Shown piece after piece: positions 26,732 to 42,156 of a DNA stretch of 64,000 nt. Each line of letters opens with the position of its first letter. Position 1 is the stretch's first letter. The DNA comes from Eledone cirrhosa (Eukaryota), in NCBI GenBank assembly GCA_964016885.1, contig OZ024741.1, forward strand, positions 121,892,001 through 121,956,000. Direction: 5' to 3'. The position numbers and the translations under genes are program-made. Under the pieces are notes generated by a model. It did no database searches. It worked only from the letters and a program-made list of their open reading frames with translations, and had not been told where the DNA came from.

Positions 26732-27460
26732 GATACGTCTAACCGATTGAACCAATTGATACAATTTACATATACGACCCACAGATACGACCCAACCATT
26801 TCTATACAGATGCAGAGTTATCTTTCTCATGATTACTCTAGACGTTTTAAATCACCAGCTCCTCTTAAGAATCACCTCATAGCAAAGGATAGATCTACTA
26901 ATGGTTTCGATCATCAATATTCATTCGTTCGACTAAATGAACATCCGAATCACGAATAAAGGTGTAAGTGGTTCAATATTCCACAGATCCGTGCATTTTT
27001 AACGTAATTCTCATGCAGGAGCGGCGGAATAGAATATATTCCATGAACGGACATCTACATTACAGACCCAGTCCACCTGACTGGCTTTTACACAGTTCCC
27101 GCCAACCAAGTTTTCCCAACAAAATTGGGGTTGACCCAAAGTTTTGGAGAGCACACTTGTCCAAGATTCTGCCTTGTGGGATTGAACCCAGTAGGACATT
27201 ATGATTGCGAAACAAATATTTTAACTACCCTGATGCATGTGGCTTTTATTGAGGACATACAAATCATTACCGTGAAGAGAATTTGCCTGAACATCGCTTA
27301 ATGAGACGGCTGTTACCTGATAAAATAATAATCATACGTGAATGTATGTATGTATGTATATATACATATATCTATGTATGCATGCATATATGTATGTATA
27401 CATATATGTATGTATGTATACATATATGTATGTATGTATGTATACATGCATGTATGTATG

Positions 27461-28232
27461 TTCTTCTGGTTTTATAATTTCACAAAGTTTTACCAATAGA
27501 GAGAGAGAGTCGTTTTCCAACATAGACACAGGACTCTCTCATTGGAATTTACTCAACATCATCTAGGTAGATATGTATGTATGCATGTGTAGATATGGAC
27601 GTTATTGTATGTGTGGATGTGTATGTTTTGGGTTGTATGTGTGCATGTGCATATGTTTTGTATCTGTACATGTGTACATGCAGTTATTAGAGGCAACATT
27701 TTTGGAAGGTTTTACATATTTTTACTGTTCCATTAATGGATTGTACTTGTAATTTCCTAACTAGTTGTGTTCTTTCTGTTCCTGTGAAGCCTAGCTTCTC
27801 AAGATTTGTAGAGGCAGTTACTAACATATAATCACAGTTACTAACATATAATCACCAATAATCACAGGCATAAATGTGAAGGTGTAATCAGGGTGGAGTA
27901 TCTGCAGATTTCTCATCAGTTCTGCATAAATATTCTCCTTTTCGCTAATCTTTGATATTATATTGGCATCTGCTGGGCAGCTAATTTCCACTACTGTGCA
28001 TGTTTTCTTCTCCCTGTCCGATATCATATTATCTGGTCTGTTATGCCTGCATTTTATTGGATTTTTTTTACTGTAACATTCCACCAGTACTCTTTCATAT
28101 TATGTACATGGATGTCTTCCACATGGCTGTAGCTTTTAATGTGTATATTATCGGGGCTATCTTTTTTACGAACTGCATTGTACAGTTTTGGCCACTACAT
28201 CATGCCTCATATGTAGATAGTACCGCGATGAC
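27461..28232 (-). mobile_element. 3' fragment of R4/Dong-like RLE element (family 3)
   Basis: HNRPDNMISDREKKTCTVVEISCP. Same family as 36985-38350, flanked by (ATGT)n on both sides. Confidence 0.8.
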
Positions 28233-29164
28233 ATGTATGTATGTGTGTATGTATGTATGTATGTATGTATGTATGTATGTATGTATGTATGTATGTTTGG
28301 ACATCTGCAATTATGTATATATCAGTGATATTAATTGGGGGTAGGTAATGCAGAGTGACACATCTCACGGAGATGGCGAGGCTTACTTTGTCAACCCCCT
28401 CCCTCCTTCCCGCTCTCTGGCATAGCCTCACGGACCTTACTATGTCTCCATATCCTAAAACCCCTTTTAATCACTGATTCATACGTTATCATGAAAGTCC
28501 TCCACATCCTATTGTAAGTGAAATGAATTCGTTTTAAGTGCGAAAAGTGAAACATCTGCGGGTGGGATCCCCAACTAATTTAGTAAACCGCCATTTTGTT
28601 TGTCACGCTAAGATAATTAGATATTTTTGTTTGTATTTAATACTTTGTCAGCCATAAATAGTACAAACCTTAGCGATGGCCTTTAGTATGTAAATGTTCC
28701 TGTACTAATTTTGTCGTTTCTAGGACTTTTTATGTGAATAATTTAGACATTTTCAATATATAAAAGAGCTAATATGTTGCTAAATGGAGATGAAGGAAAG
28801 TTGAGAATTAGCATAGGTCGGGAAAGATTACAAGACCTACTAATGTTTACATACACTATACAGCCTAAACACCCTTAAAAATAACACACCAATTGACAAA
28901 CCTACATTATAGCTTTTTCAAAGTGCACCATCGAAGCAATGGAAGCAACGGAAGAGTATCTATACGGTGGATCGAGCTGGTAAAATAGCAGCTAAATTAC
29001 CATCAAATAATACCCTTACTGTTTTAATAGAAAGTATCCTTGCATAAGGTACACCAACATAATGACTATTTCTAAATAAAAGATTGGAGTCATAGATAGA
29101 ATATATGATTTTCTCATAGCTCTGCTATATACAGGAAAAATCTGGGACTAAACAACAACAATAC

Positions 29165-29201
<37 letters not shown>

Positions 29202-29207
<6 letters not shown>

Positions 29208-29766
29208 AGAATGAAACGAAATTTCATTTCTCACTCTTAGTACGGCACTTACTTAAATGTAAGTATGTATGTATACGTACATACATATATGTATACAGAC
29301 GTACAGTAGTATGTATATATATATACATACATGCACACATATATATATGCACGTATCGGTTTACCAAACATTTATTATAATGCTCGGTTTGTTTGTTTGT
29401 AAATAAACAAACAGCCCGAATTACGCCGTACAAACAATACGTGCATATATATATGTGTGCATGTATGTATATATATACATACTACTGTACGTCTGTATAC
29501 ATATATGTATGTACGTATGAACGCATACCGTACTAAGAGTGAGAAATGAAATTTCGTTTCATTCTATTCCATTTATCGTTTTCGGTGCGCCAGCCGACTG
29601 AACTCACTCGATATGCAAATTAGGCTGCTATAAACACAGAGCTGGCATATCTAAGAACTGACTAACTGCCTGATGAGGTTATAGCCATTCAATGGCTATC
29701 ATTGAAATATATATAGCAGTAAATAAAGGATTATGAGTTCATGCAATTGACTTATGTTTCGTCACT
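29202..29766 (+). mobile_element. Fold-back Penelope-like pLTR relic with hammerhead
   Basis: About 29204-29352 is inverted relative to about 29440-29570. Ends at (TA)n. Related copies at 2640-2850 and 32444-32625. Confidence 0.65.
29665..29720 (+). ncRNA. Hammerhead ribozyme motif, (UA)n helix III type
   Basis: ACUGC-CUGAUGA-gguu[auagccau uca auggcuau]cauu-GAAA-UAUAUA-UA^GCAGU. Perfect 5-bp helix I and 8-bp hairpin. Confidence 0.8.
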
Positions 29767-29873
29767 ATATATATATATATATAATAAAATAACAGGAGGT
29801 TTATTAAACTATGATCATTTCAATGACCATACGGAATGACCAGTTCTATCCAGTGGTGAGCCAACAAACCTAA

Positions 29874-29904
<31 letters not shown>

Positions 29905-29942
29905 CGTGTGTGTGTGTTTTTGTAAATAATATATTATAAAAT

Positions 29943-30154
29943 AATGGTTTCTTATATAGGCACAGGGCCAGCAATTTTGGGGGAGGAGAAAGTTCATTAA
30001 ATCGACCCCAGTACGTGACTGGTACTTTATTTTATCGACCCCGTAAGGATGAAAGGCAAAGTTAACCTCGGCAGGATTTGAACTCAGATCATAAAGGGCC
30101 GTAACTCTTTGCTGCAAAGCATGGCGTCCGACCCTCTACCGATACTACCAATCC
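29943..30154 (-). mobile_element. tRNA-derived SINE (main family)
   Basis: Reverse complement of the 19097 family. Confidence 0.8.
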
Positions 30155-30245
30155 ATAATGCAAATATATCTACATAATAGATATGAAGCAACAGTTAAAC
30201 ATCTCGAAAACAATTTTATCAAAGAACGACCCGTGAAAATAACGG

Positions 30246-30297
30246 CGGGACATATTCTGTTTCTGTAAACCTAACTTGCAGCATGCTTCATCAGCCA
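30246..30297 (-). ncRNA. Hammerhead ribozyme motif (weaker helices)
   Basis: Minus: UGG-CUGAUGA-agcaugc...uuuaca-GAAA-CAGAAUAUG-UC^CCG. Confidence 0.45.
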
Positions 30298-30898
30298 GCT
30301 TCCACAAATGAAGTAGTGGGAAGTACACAATGCTACCTTGTACGCCCAACCGTTTATTATAATTAGGGATAAGGTTATCAAATAGTTAGCACGGTCAAAA
30401 GTACTGTGAATTCCTCTGTTTCGTGCTATCAGCCGATTTATTTTATCTAAAAGTCGCCACCCGAAACTGGTTTCGAGCGTACATACAAACATATATGCCT
30501 ACATACATACATACATACATACATACATACATACATACATACATACATACAAACAAACATATATGCCTACATACATACATACATACAAACATACATGCCT
30601 ACATACATACATACATACATACATACATACATACATACATACATACATACATACATACATACATACAAACATATATGCCTACATACATACATACAAACAA
30701 ATATGCCTACATACATACATATAATACATATATATACATATGTACATACAATGTATATATATATGTATGGGGCTATAGTAGAAGACACGACAGATACGAC
30801 GCAGTGTAAATGAACCTGAAATCACTTGGTTGTGAATCGAACTGCTCAACGACAAACCTATACTTATGTTTTCTCGGCCAATATAAATAAATACACAA

Positions 30899-31009
<111 letters not shown>

Positions 31010-31120
31010 CTTAGGGTAAATATTGATGCAATTCAATTCAAGCACTCAACGTACTTTTTCCACATAGGAGTGACGGAGTAAATATCGAATAAGGAAAAGC
31101 GAAGTAGTTTCAGATGTTCA

Positions 31121-31175
31121 AGTCTGATGAGAGGGGGAACTGACTAAGCGAATTTCGTTGAAATCTGCGGTAGCT
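31121..31175 (+). ncRNA. Hammerhead ribozyme motif (weak helix II)
   Basis: AGU-CUGAUGA-gagggggaac...auuucguu-GAAA-UCUGCGG-UA^GCU. Confidence 0.45.
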
Positions 31176-31333
31176 AATGGTCAACTTCCTTCGGACATGC
31201 GCCTGCGCAGACCAGTGGGGGTGAATTGGTAATCACATGGGAACGGATGAAGAACCCAAAAGCACACATTTCGTCCGTTCCCATGTCGATTCAATTTGGA
31301 TTGCCTCGGAAACATAACCTTATTATGTAACAA

Positions 31334-31407
31334 GCTGTCTGACGATGTCGCGACACTCGCACACAGAACAGTGTGGCCAGTGTCGTCATTGAAATATATA
31401 TCACAGC
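31334..31407 (+). ncRNA. Hammerhead ribozyme motif, (UA)n helix III type
   Basis: GCUGU-CUGACGA-ugucg[cgacacu..cacac..gugug..agugucg]ucauu-GAAA-UAUAUA-UC^ACAGC. Confidence 0.8.
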
Positions 31408-31413
31408 ATTATT

Positions 31414-31604
31414 CGGTGGATTGGCAGTATCGGTAAAGTGTCGGACGCCATGCTTTCCAGCATAGTTACGTCCCTTTACGATCTGAGTTCAAATACCGCC
31501 GAGGTTGAATTTGCCTTTCATCCTTACGGGGTCGATAAAATAAAGTACCAGTAATGCACTGGGTAATTGCTGGCCTTGTGCCTAAAGTAGAAACAATTAT
31601 TATT
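31414..31604 (+). mobile_element. tRNA-derived SINE inserted inside a fold-back relic
   Basis: Main family copy between inverted arms at about 31088-31125 and 31609-31645. Confidence 0.8.
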
Positions 31605-31641
31605 AAAAGACTTAAACATCTGAAATTACTTCGCTTTTCCT

Positions 31642-31698
<57 letters not shown>

Positions 31699-31894
31699 AT
31701 AAATGTAATCTGAGTTTTTCAAATATTCACAATAACATTCGATTCGTTTGCAACTTTGCAAACAAGCCTCAATTTTATAACCATGTCAAAATTGAGGATT
31801 GTTTGCAAAATTGCAAACGAATCGAATGTTATGGTGAATATTCAAAAAACTCAGATTACATTTATTGTATTCAGCCATGTAGAGCGAAATTTTC

Positions 31895-31930
<36 letters not shown>

Positions 31931-32329
31931 TTGTGTATAATGGTAGCTATGGTGCTTCCATAGGCGGTATGCCAAAATTACCACTCAATATTCAGCAGAG
32001 TAGAGTATAGATAGTATAAAGGACACGAAAAATCAGTGATGCATTTGGACTCAATTTATTGCGTGTTACAATTGTTGTAAAAAGATGACGTGGAGTAACA
32101 ACAGCCAATGACATGACAAGTGTGAAAGAGGTTTTTTGAGGATGTTTTTTGATAATACCCCAGTGATAATATATGCTCCGAACGAACTACCCGTGTCTGA
32201 AGGAACCTGCAGCCGTAGAATCAGCCAGATCCATACAGGGACCATGTCTCGAGCTACCTGCCGGCAAAACAATTTTAACACGCAATAAATTGATTCCAGA
32301 TGCATCACTGATTTTTCGTTTTTTTATAC

Positions 32330-32435
<106 letters not shown>

Positions 32436-32622
32436 AATAATAAAATGAAAACGAAATTTCATTTCTCACTCTTAGTACGGCACTTACTTAAATGTAAGTG
32501 TGTATGTATACGTACATACATATATGTATACAGACGTATGTATATATGTATATATATATATATATATATGCATGCTACTGTACGTCTGTATACATATATG
32601 TATGTACGTATACATACATACT

Positions 32623-32653
<31 letters not shown>

Positions 32654-33171
32654 ATAAAGGAGTGAAGAATAACTCGGACCGGTATACAGTACGGTTTATT
32701 CCAAGTATTAACAAATGTTTCATTGGTACGGTGTGTCTAAAAACAACTATCTGCAGTGTGTCGTGACAATCGATTTTAAGTACAACTAATACCAACCAAA
32801 TTCTCAATTTTGAGAATTTGTACTTATATATATTGTTATACTTTGGGAGTGTCATGCTGCCAATAAATAGACGCGCCAGTTGGGTTTCACTTTTTTTCTG
32901 GTTGGTTGGTTCAATAACTGGATGGTTGTTTATATATTGTCAAAGCTCTTTCGTCACACATTCTCCTGTGACTGATTTCTTATTTTGTGTCTTCCCTTTG
33001 TTCTGTCTTACACAATCTTGTTTTTGAACCAATCAACCGGAAATTTATAATAAAGTGAAGTGAAAACTAACAGGTGCTTGTGTTTTTATTGGCAGCATGA
33101 CCCTCCCAAATTATAACAATATCTGTTTCAACAATCAGATAAGAAACTTGCAAAACAAATTAAAAAACGAA

Positions 33172-33216
<45 letters not shown>

Positions 33217-33349
33217 ATAAAGATCTCATAACTCCTTATGGAGTCGTAGAGGTTGGGTTATATGGCGTGTCTAGGGCACATTTAAACTTGGTGGACCCAA
33301 CCCTCTCCAAGTCAGAACACAGCTGATTTTCTTCACGAGAGGAAGAATC

Positions 33350-33490
33350 TACCCCCAGTACTGGACTGGTACTTTTTTTTATCGACATCGAAAGGATGAA
33401 AGGCAAAGTTGACCCTGGCGGGATTCGAACTCAGAACGCGCAATGAGGTGGGACAAATACTGTAAAGCATTCTATCCGACGTCTTAACTC
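33350..33490 (-). mobile_element. SINE, main-family relative
   Basis: ttatcgac..aaggatgaaaggcaaagttgac..gggattcgaactcaga. Confidence 0.7.
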
Positions 33491-34075
33491 GGATATATAT
33501 AAGATTATATTGGCTTGTTTCAATATAATCTTATATATATCCGAATTAAGACGTCGGATATATATTATATTGGCTGGTCACAATATGGTTACCTTCCTCC
33601 CTTGATTGTGCACGTCTCTTCCCATTTGACCCGAATCCTGGGCAGCCCCAGGGCACCTCAGATTTTAGGCAACAATTATGTTTAATCTGTTTCTGTTTTC
33701 TTCTAAATCTCTGTCTCACTGTGGTGTCGTTCTCCTGTCCTCTTCTCTCTCAACTCCACACATTCACTGCCTCTTTCTTCCTCCTACGCCCCCTTTCTCT
33801 CTATCTCTGTTACGTTTTCTTTTATTAACCCAATTGAAATGAAAATTAAAAAGAAAAAACTAACAACTTCTGAAATTGTTAAACATCTATCGAAAATTCC
33901 TGACCTTTAGAGGCAATAACGAACTATTTCTGGTGTTTAAAATACCTCCTTATATGGTGGGCTAGCGTTGTCACATATGATGCCATGGAGTCGGCTTCTC
34001 TTTACAATATCTCTATAAACAAAATCACTCTCTTCTCTCTCTCCCTCTCATACACATTACCCATTATCCATATAA

Positions 34076-34156
<81 letters not shown>

Positions 34157-34278
34157 CACATAACCCACTATCTTTATAAACACAGTCTCTCTCCCTCTCT
34201 CTCTCTCGCCATACAAACAATCCACTATCTCTATAAACACAATCTCTCTCACTCATACACACAACCCATTATCTCTAT

Positions 34279-34363
<85 letters not shown>

Positions 34364-34551
34364 CTCTCTCTCTCAAAATATCTCTCCCAAACCACTCCTC
34401 CACTAGCTCTCTCTCATTCATAGATTGAAATGTTTTGCTTCTTTCTCCTTATTTCTCTTCCTTTCGTTCTTTCTCGGCGCTTTCTTTGCCCTACCCTTCA
34501 CAATGACATAATCGTTCTCATCACTTCTGTCTGGCTGACCGTCTGCCATAC

Positions 34552-34596
<45 letters not shown>

Positions 34597-34601
34597 TGTG
34601 T

Positions 34602-34667
<66 letters not shown>

Positions 34668-34982
34668 TATTTCTTTCTTTATGTTCATACACTGAACAAA
34701 AGCGCTATCCAGGGTTTCATGGTCAAATATTGATCACACCACAAGAGGCATCAAAATTGTGGCCGATCTTCAGGCGCTTATACGAATTATATATATATAA
34801 CAAAGAGGATGTGGAAAGATACCAGGTGGACCATAACGCACCAGAGTACTCAATACGCAGAGTAGTAGAGTGGGTAATAAGAAAAGAGTCAAGACCCCGA
34901 CGGCTGAGCTCCAGCCGTTTCGTCAGCTAGATCCGAACAGCCGTCGATGTCTTGACTCTTTTCCTATATATATATATATATA

Positions 34983-35600
34983 TCAAGGGCGGGTAAAATT
35001 CCCGAGATCCATGGACGAGTTCTCTCCAGCGGTCTCTGTCGCTCATTATCGCTGCCATGTCCTGCGTCTCCAACAGATCAGTGTCTGTCCTTAGGGCATC
35101 AACATACGTTAACCTTGGTCTTCCACTTCCGGTGTGTCCATGTAGGGGCTCCCAAAGGAGCACTGAGTGCAATGTCAACTCTGGATGTCGGTGAGTATGT
35201 CCAGCTAACCTCAGTCTCCTCTGTGTCACTTTTGAGCTGACTTTTGGGAGGCTTCCATACAGCTCTGAAATTTTTATCCTCAGTGTATACTGATTAATGT
35301 TCAGAGTCATCCTCAGCATTCTTGTGTAGCACCCATCCACCATCTGAGTGAGCTTCTTGGTCAGTGTCCAAGTCTCAGACCCGTACAACAGCACAGACTC
35401 CACTACAGCAATGAAGAAGCGGATTTTCAGATCTTTACGAAGGTCCGACTTCCACACCGATCTCAAGCTGTGGCATGCCGCCCAGGCTTTGCTCTTCCTC
35501 TCAACCACATCATCTTCCGTATTCCCAATCTTTGCTCCCAAATACAGGAAGCTCTCAACCAATTCTAGCGGCTTCCCGCCTACATTAGAGGGGATCACTA
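34983..35600 (-). mobile_element. 3' fragment of RTE-like LINE inserted in (TA)n
   Basis: LELVESFLYLG, VESVLLYGSETWTL, RRLRLAGHTHRH, GRPRLTYVD. (TA)n on both sides. Confidence 0.82.
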
Positions 35601-35972
35601 ATATATATATATACATATATATATATACATATATATATATGTATATATATATGTATACATATATATATAAATATATTTATCACGATTTATCTATCTATCT
35701 AGTTGGGGGAGGGGATGGCTGTTGCAGAGTAAGTCACTGGCCATTCTCCACGGTCATTTGACCCGTGGTAACAGCTAAAGCACCACTCAGACTTGGATGT
35801 AGAGGCCGTAATTTTTCCTCTTTTTCTTTTTATACTTTTCCTTTCTATTTTCATATCCTTATTGCCATGCATGTGGTACAGTTTTTATTACATTTTCCAT
35901 TTGAAATAATGTTTTGTTTAAAAAAATATTAAAGGTAAAATCCAAAAAATAAGTTATATAAAAAAAACGTGA

Positions 35973-36063
<91 letters not shown>

Positions 36064-36380
36064 AGGGTTGATAAAATTCCCGAGATTTTCAGAGACAGCT
36101 GAACGACCAGACTGCTCCTTGACAGTCTAGTTAGGGGCTCTAACCCTAGTGCTGTTAAGTCCATTCTCCATGGTTCTTTTCAATGGCTGATAATACTTTA
36201 CCGGCGCCACTCGAATAGGGTAATTATTTAACCCGAAAATGGAGCTCTAACAGGTACAACTACTCCGGGCCAGAGCAGACCTGGGAGTGATAACAACTAA
36301 GGAATAACTCCTCATTCTCCACAGCTCCTGAACTCCAGAACTGGAGCCTTGCCACTGGATGTTGTTTAATCCCATACCCA

Positions 36381-36519
<139 letters not shown>

Positions 36520-36539
36520 GATATGGTGACTGCCAACTC

Positions 36540-36930
36540 GTTTTCGAGTACGTCCACTACTTTATATCCATGTAGGAGAACCCCTACCGATGCGCTGAAC
36601 GAGTGACTTTTTAGTCCAGCCAGCGAGTTGAAAACTCTGGTACAAACACTACACTTGTGACAATTATGGACACATAGTGCTGGGCCCATGGTACCATGTG
36701 ACGACAAGTGCAGAGAGATCTCCAGATATAAAGCAATGCCTGTGCCGTGAAGCTTTTATATTGAGCAAAGGCACTGCACAAAGTCAATCCCACTCTCTTA
36801 ACCAAGATGATATTTACCCAAAAGAACAAGTCAACATCATTGGATACCATCAGAGTTGCAGGTGTTATATCAGAGATTTCCTTCTCCTAGAATTCTGCCT
36901 TGAGAAAGGCTAAGGGGTCATCTCTCCCGG
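36540..36930 (-). mobile_element. Decayed 3' end of RTE-like LINE
   Basis: C-terminal C2H2-like CSVCTRVFNSLAGLKSH. Confidence 0.45.
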
Positions 36931-36984
36931 ACATACATACATACATACATACATACATACATACATACATACATACGTATATTT

Positions 36985-38539
<1,555 letters not shown>

Positions 38540-38730
38540 ATATATATATATATATGTGTGTATATATATATATATATATAGCGAGGGAAAAGTGGTAAGG
38601 AACCAGGTGGACCATAACGCACCAAAGTACTCAATACTTAGGGTAGTAGAGTGGGTAATAGGAGTAAGTAAGACCTCGACGAATTAGCCGTCGAAACGGC
38701 TTGAGCTCAGCCGTCGGGATCTTACTTACT

Positions 38731-38764
<34 letters not shown>

Positions 38765-38898
38765 AACGAGTAGGACCCCGACGGCTGAGCTCAAGCCGTT
38801 TCGACGGCTAATTCTGGACTATTACCCACTCTACTACCCTAAGTATTGAGTACTTTGGTGCGTTAAGGTCCACCTCGTTCCTTATCACATTTCCTTCG

Positions 38899-39108
<210 letters not shown>

Positions 39109-39213
39109 GTATACACACACACACATATATATATAAATATGAGCGGAACAAGTAAACATTAAACAATCTTTTAACTAAATTAAAATACGATTTAAATATT
39201 TACCGCTTCTAGT

Positions 39214-39293
39214 GCCATGACCGACGGTTTCGCTAATCAAAAGATTGGAAATTCGGAGAATTTCCAATGGAAAGATAAAGCTCTTCAGATAGC
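39214..39293 (-). ncRNA. Hammerhead ribozyme motif (left arm)
   Basis: Minus: GCUAU-CUGAAGA-gcu...auuggaaauuc/gaauuuccaau...agc-GAAA-CCGUCGG-UC^AUGGC. Confidence 0.75.
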
Positions 39294-39616
39294 TTTTCCA
39301 AACCTACCAGATATAAATCCACGTAGATGTAGAGGTGTCGCTTTCTGCCTGGTGAATGAATCAAGCCGTTAAAATGACCACCACACAAGTGGGCCGTTAG
39401 AAATAACGGGAATAATAGACTAGTTGATATTTCATGTTACTAGTAATAGCAGCATGATACAACATTTTTTCTCAACATTAAGGAGAATTCAGGAGAATTC
39501 CCGCTATTTCTAACGGCCCACTTGTGTGGTGGTCATTTTAACGGCTTGATTCATTCACCGGGCAGAAAGCGACACATCTACATCTACGTGGATTTATATC
39601 TAGTAGGTTTGGAAAA

Positions 39617-39696
39617 GCTATCTGAAGAGCTTTATCTTTCCATTGGAAATTCTCTTAATTTCCAATATTTTGATTAGCGAAACCGTCGGTCATGGC
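39617..39696 (+). ncRNA. Hammerhead ribozyme motif (right arm)
   Basis: GCUAU-CUGAAGA-(about 50-nt helix II)-GAAA-CCGUCGG-UC^AUGGC. Confidence 0.75.
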
Positions 39697-39924
39697 ACTA
39701 GAAGTGGTAAATATTTAAATCGTATTTTAATTTATTTAAAAGATTGTTTAATGTTTACTTGTTCCGCTCATATTTACAGTTCTGGTATCTCAAATTGGTA
39801 CCATAGAACAACCACAATTATAGACACCATATAAATTTCCGTGGGTACTTAGTACCTATTGGAATCTCTCTCTATCTCTCTCTCGCTCTCTCTCTCTCTC
39901 TCTCCCCCTCTCTCTCTCTCTCTA

Positions 39925-39982
<58 letters not shown>

Positions 39983-40042
39983 GTGAGTGTGTTATGTTAT
40001 TATTTCTAGCAATATTACAACAATATGACCCTCCCCCAGTAT

Positions 40043-40124
<82 letters not shown>

Positions 40125-40262
40125 ATACTTTGGGAGGGTCATGTTGCCAATAAGAAACACACGCACCAGTTGCTTTCACTTCAATTTATTATAATAAATT
40201 TATAGATTTATAAATTTCTGGTTGGTTGGTTGGTTCCGCAACCAGATAGTTGTTTATATATT

Positions 40263-40305
40263 GTCATAGTTCTTTCGTCACACACTCTGTGACCTCTTCA
40301 GTGAC
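40263..40305 (-). ncRNA. Minimal hammerhead motif (left arm, family B)
   Basis: Minus: GUCA-CUGAAGA-g[gucaca gagug ugugac]-GAAA-GAAC-UA^UGAC. Confidence 0.7.
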
Positions 40306-40897
40306 TGGGGATTCCTTTCTTAGTTTCTGTGCCTCTCCTTTGTTCTGTCCTACGCCATTTTGTTTCTGTGTTTGTGTTGTGTGCTCAGTCTGCGCATGCG
40401 CCACATCCGGGTGTCTGTGTGTGTTTATGTTGATTTATTTATTTGTTTATTTACATGTTACTGGTTGGTTGTTTGTTCTATGTGTGTGTGTGTGTTTTCA
40501 TTTTGTCCTTAATTGTAAGTTGTGATGTTGCTGTTCCACTCATATTTTCTATTTAATTTTGGTTGTAATTCTTTTATTGCCTCTGTAATTGCCTCTGTAA
40601 TTTAGACAAATTACAGAGGCAATAAACATAAACGAATTACAACCAAAATTAAATAGAAAATTGGAGTGGAACAGCAACATCACAACTTACAATTAAGGAC
40701 AAAATGAAAACACACACACACATAGAACAAACAACCAACCAGTAACATGTAAATAAACAAATAAATAAATCAACATAAACACACACAGACACCCGGATGT
40801 GGCGCATGCGCAGACTGAGCACACAACACACACACAGAAACAAAATGGCGTAGGACAGAACAAAGGAGAGGCACAGAAACAAAGAAAGGAATCCCCA

Positions 40898-40940
40898 GTC
40901 ACTGAAGAGGTCACAGAGTGTGTGACGAAAGAACTATGAC
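40898..40940 (+). ncRNA. Minimal hammerhead motif (right arm, family B)
   Basis: GUCA-CUGAAGA-g[gucaca gagug ugugac]-GAAA-GAAC-UA^UGAC. Confidence 0.7.
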
Positions 40941-41151
40941 AATATATAAACAACTATCTGGTTGCGGAACCAACCAACCAACCAGAAATTTATAAATTTA
41001 TAAATTTATTATAAATTTATTATAATAAATTGAAGTGAAAGCAACTGGTGCGTGTGTTTCTTATTGGCAACATGACCCTCCCAAAGTATAACAATATCGG
41101 TTTCAACACACGATTTCAGATAAAGATTCTTGCTAAACAAATTCAGAAACG

Positions 41152-41198
<47 letters not shown>

Positions 41199-41420
41199 GT
41201 TTCTGAATTTGTTTAGCAAGATTCTTTATCTGAGAACGTGTGTTGAAAACGATATTGTTATGCTTTGGGAGGGTCATGTTGCCAATAAGAAACACACGCA
41301 CCAGTTGCTTTCACTTCAATTTATTATAAATTTAATTTATAATAAATTGAAGTGGATGCAACTGGTGCGTGTGTTTCTTATTGGCAACATGACCCTCCCA
41401 AAGCAAAACAATATATATAA

Positions 41421-41503
<83 letters not shown>

Positions 41504-41520
41504 TATGTATATATATTGAA

Positions 41521-41567
<47 letters not shown>

Positions 41568-41596
41568 AATCAATATATATATATATATATATATAT

Positions 41597-42068
41597 AAGA
41601 GGGTGTTAAAGTTTGCTTGAAGCATGGTGAAATGTGTAAAATACGTAGTTAAGAAAGCCACAACAATGCAGAGGGGAATCTCGAGGTAGGAAGTGAATGA
41701 TAGATAGGAGAAACAGGTGAAAGTGAAAATTGAGAGAGACAAAGATGAAAACAAAACAAAGGTAGAAGGGTTACCGTAGTGGAGATTTAATCCCAATATT
41801 TCGGGCTCACGCCCATCAACGGGGGAAAAGTTCCAAAAGGGGGGGGGGAACAGGCTAAGCGGAACTTTTGGAACTTTTCCCCCGTTGATGGGCGTGAGCC
41901 CGAAATATTGGGATTAAATCTCCACTACGGTAACCCTTCTACCTTTGTTTTGTTTTCATCTTTGTCTCTCTCAATTTTCACTTTCACCTGTTTCTCCTAT
42001 CTATCATTCACTTCCTACCTCGAGATTCCCCTCTGCATTGTTGTGGCTTTCTTAACTACGTATTTTAT
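41597..42068. repeat. Fold-back pLTR-like relic, about 200-bp arms and 40-nt tail
   Basis: About 41637-41838 is inverted relative to about 41866-42067. Contains a degenerate hammerhead (GGGC-GTGA-GCCC-GAAA-TA-TT). Confidence 0.85.
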
Positions 42069-42091
42069 ATATATATATATATATATTGATT

Positions 42092-42156
<65 letters not shown>

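Larger units (their letters stand above)
39133..39865. repeat. Fold-back pLTR-like relic with about 280-bp inverted arms and a 90-nt tail
   Basis: About 39135-39412 is inverted relative to about 39498-39776. Confidence 0.85.
40119..41155. repeat. Near-perfect 1-kb palindrome (family B pLTR-like) with 60-nt tail
   Basis: Arms about 40119-40603 and 40608-41097 with spacer AGAC. Related copies at 32830-33175, 41195-41415 and 53756-54056. Confidence 0.9.

Noticed and set aside
40121-41094. Ginger/MITE-type element with TGT...ACA ends and ATAT TSD
   Set aside because: Family sequence continues about 60 nt beyond one ACA end in several copies and the arms contain hammerheads, which fits a PLE fold-back better.
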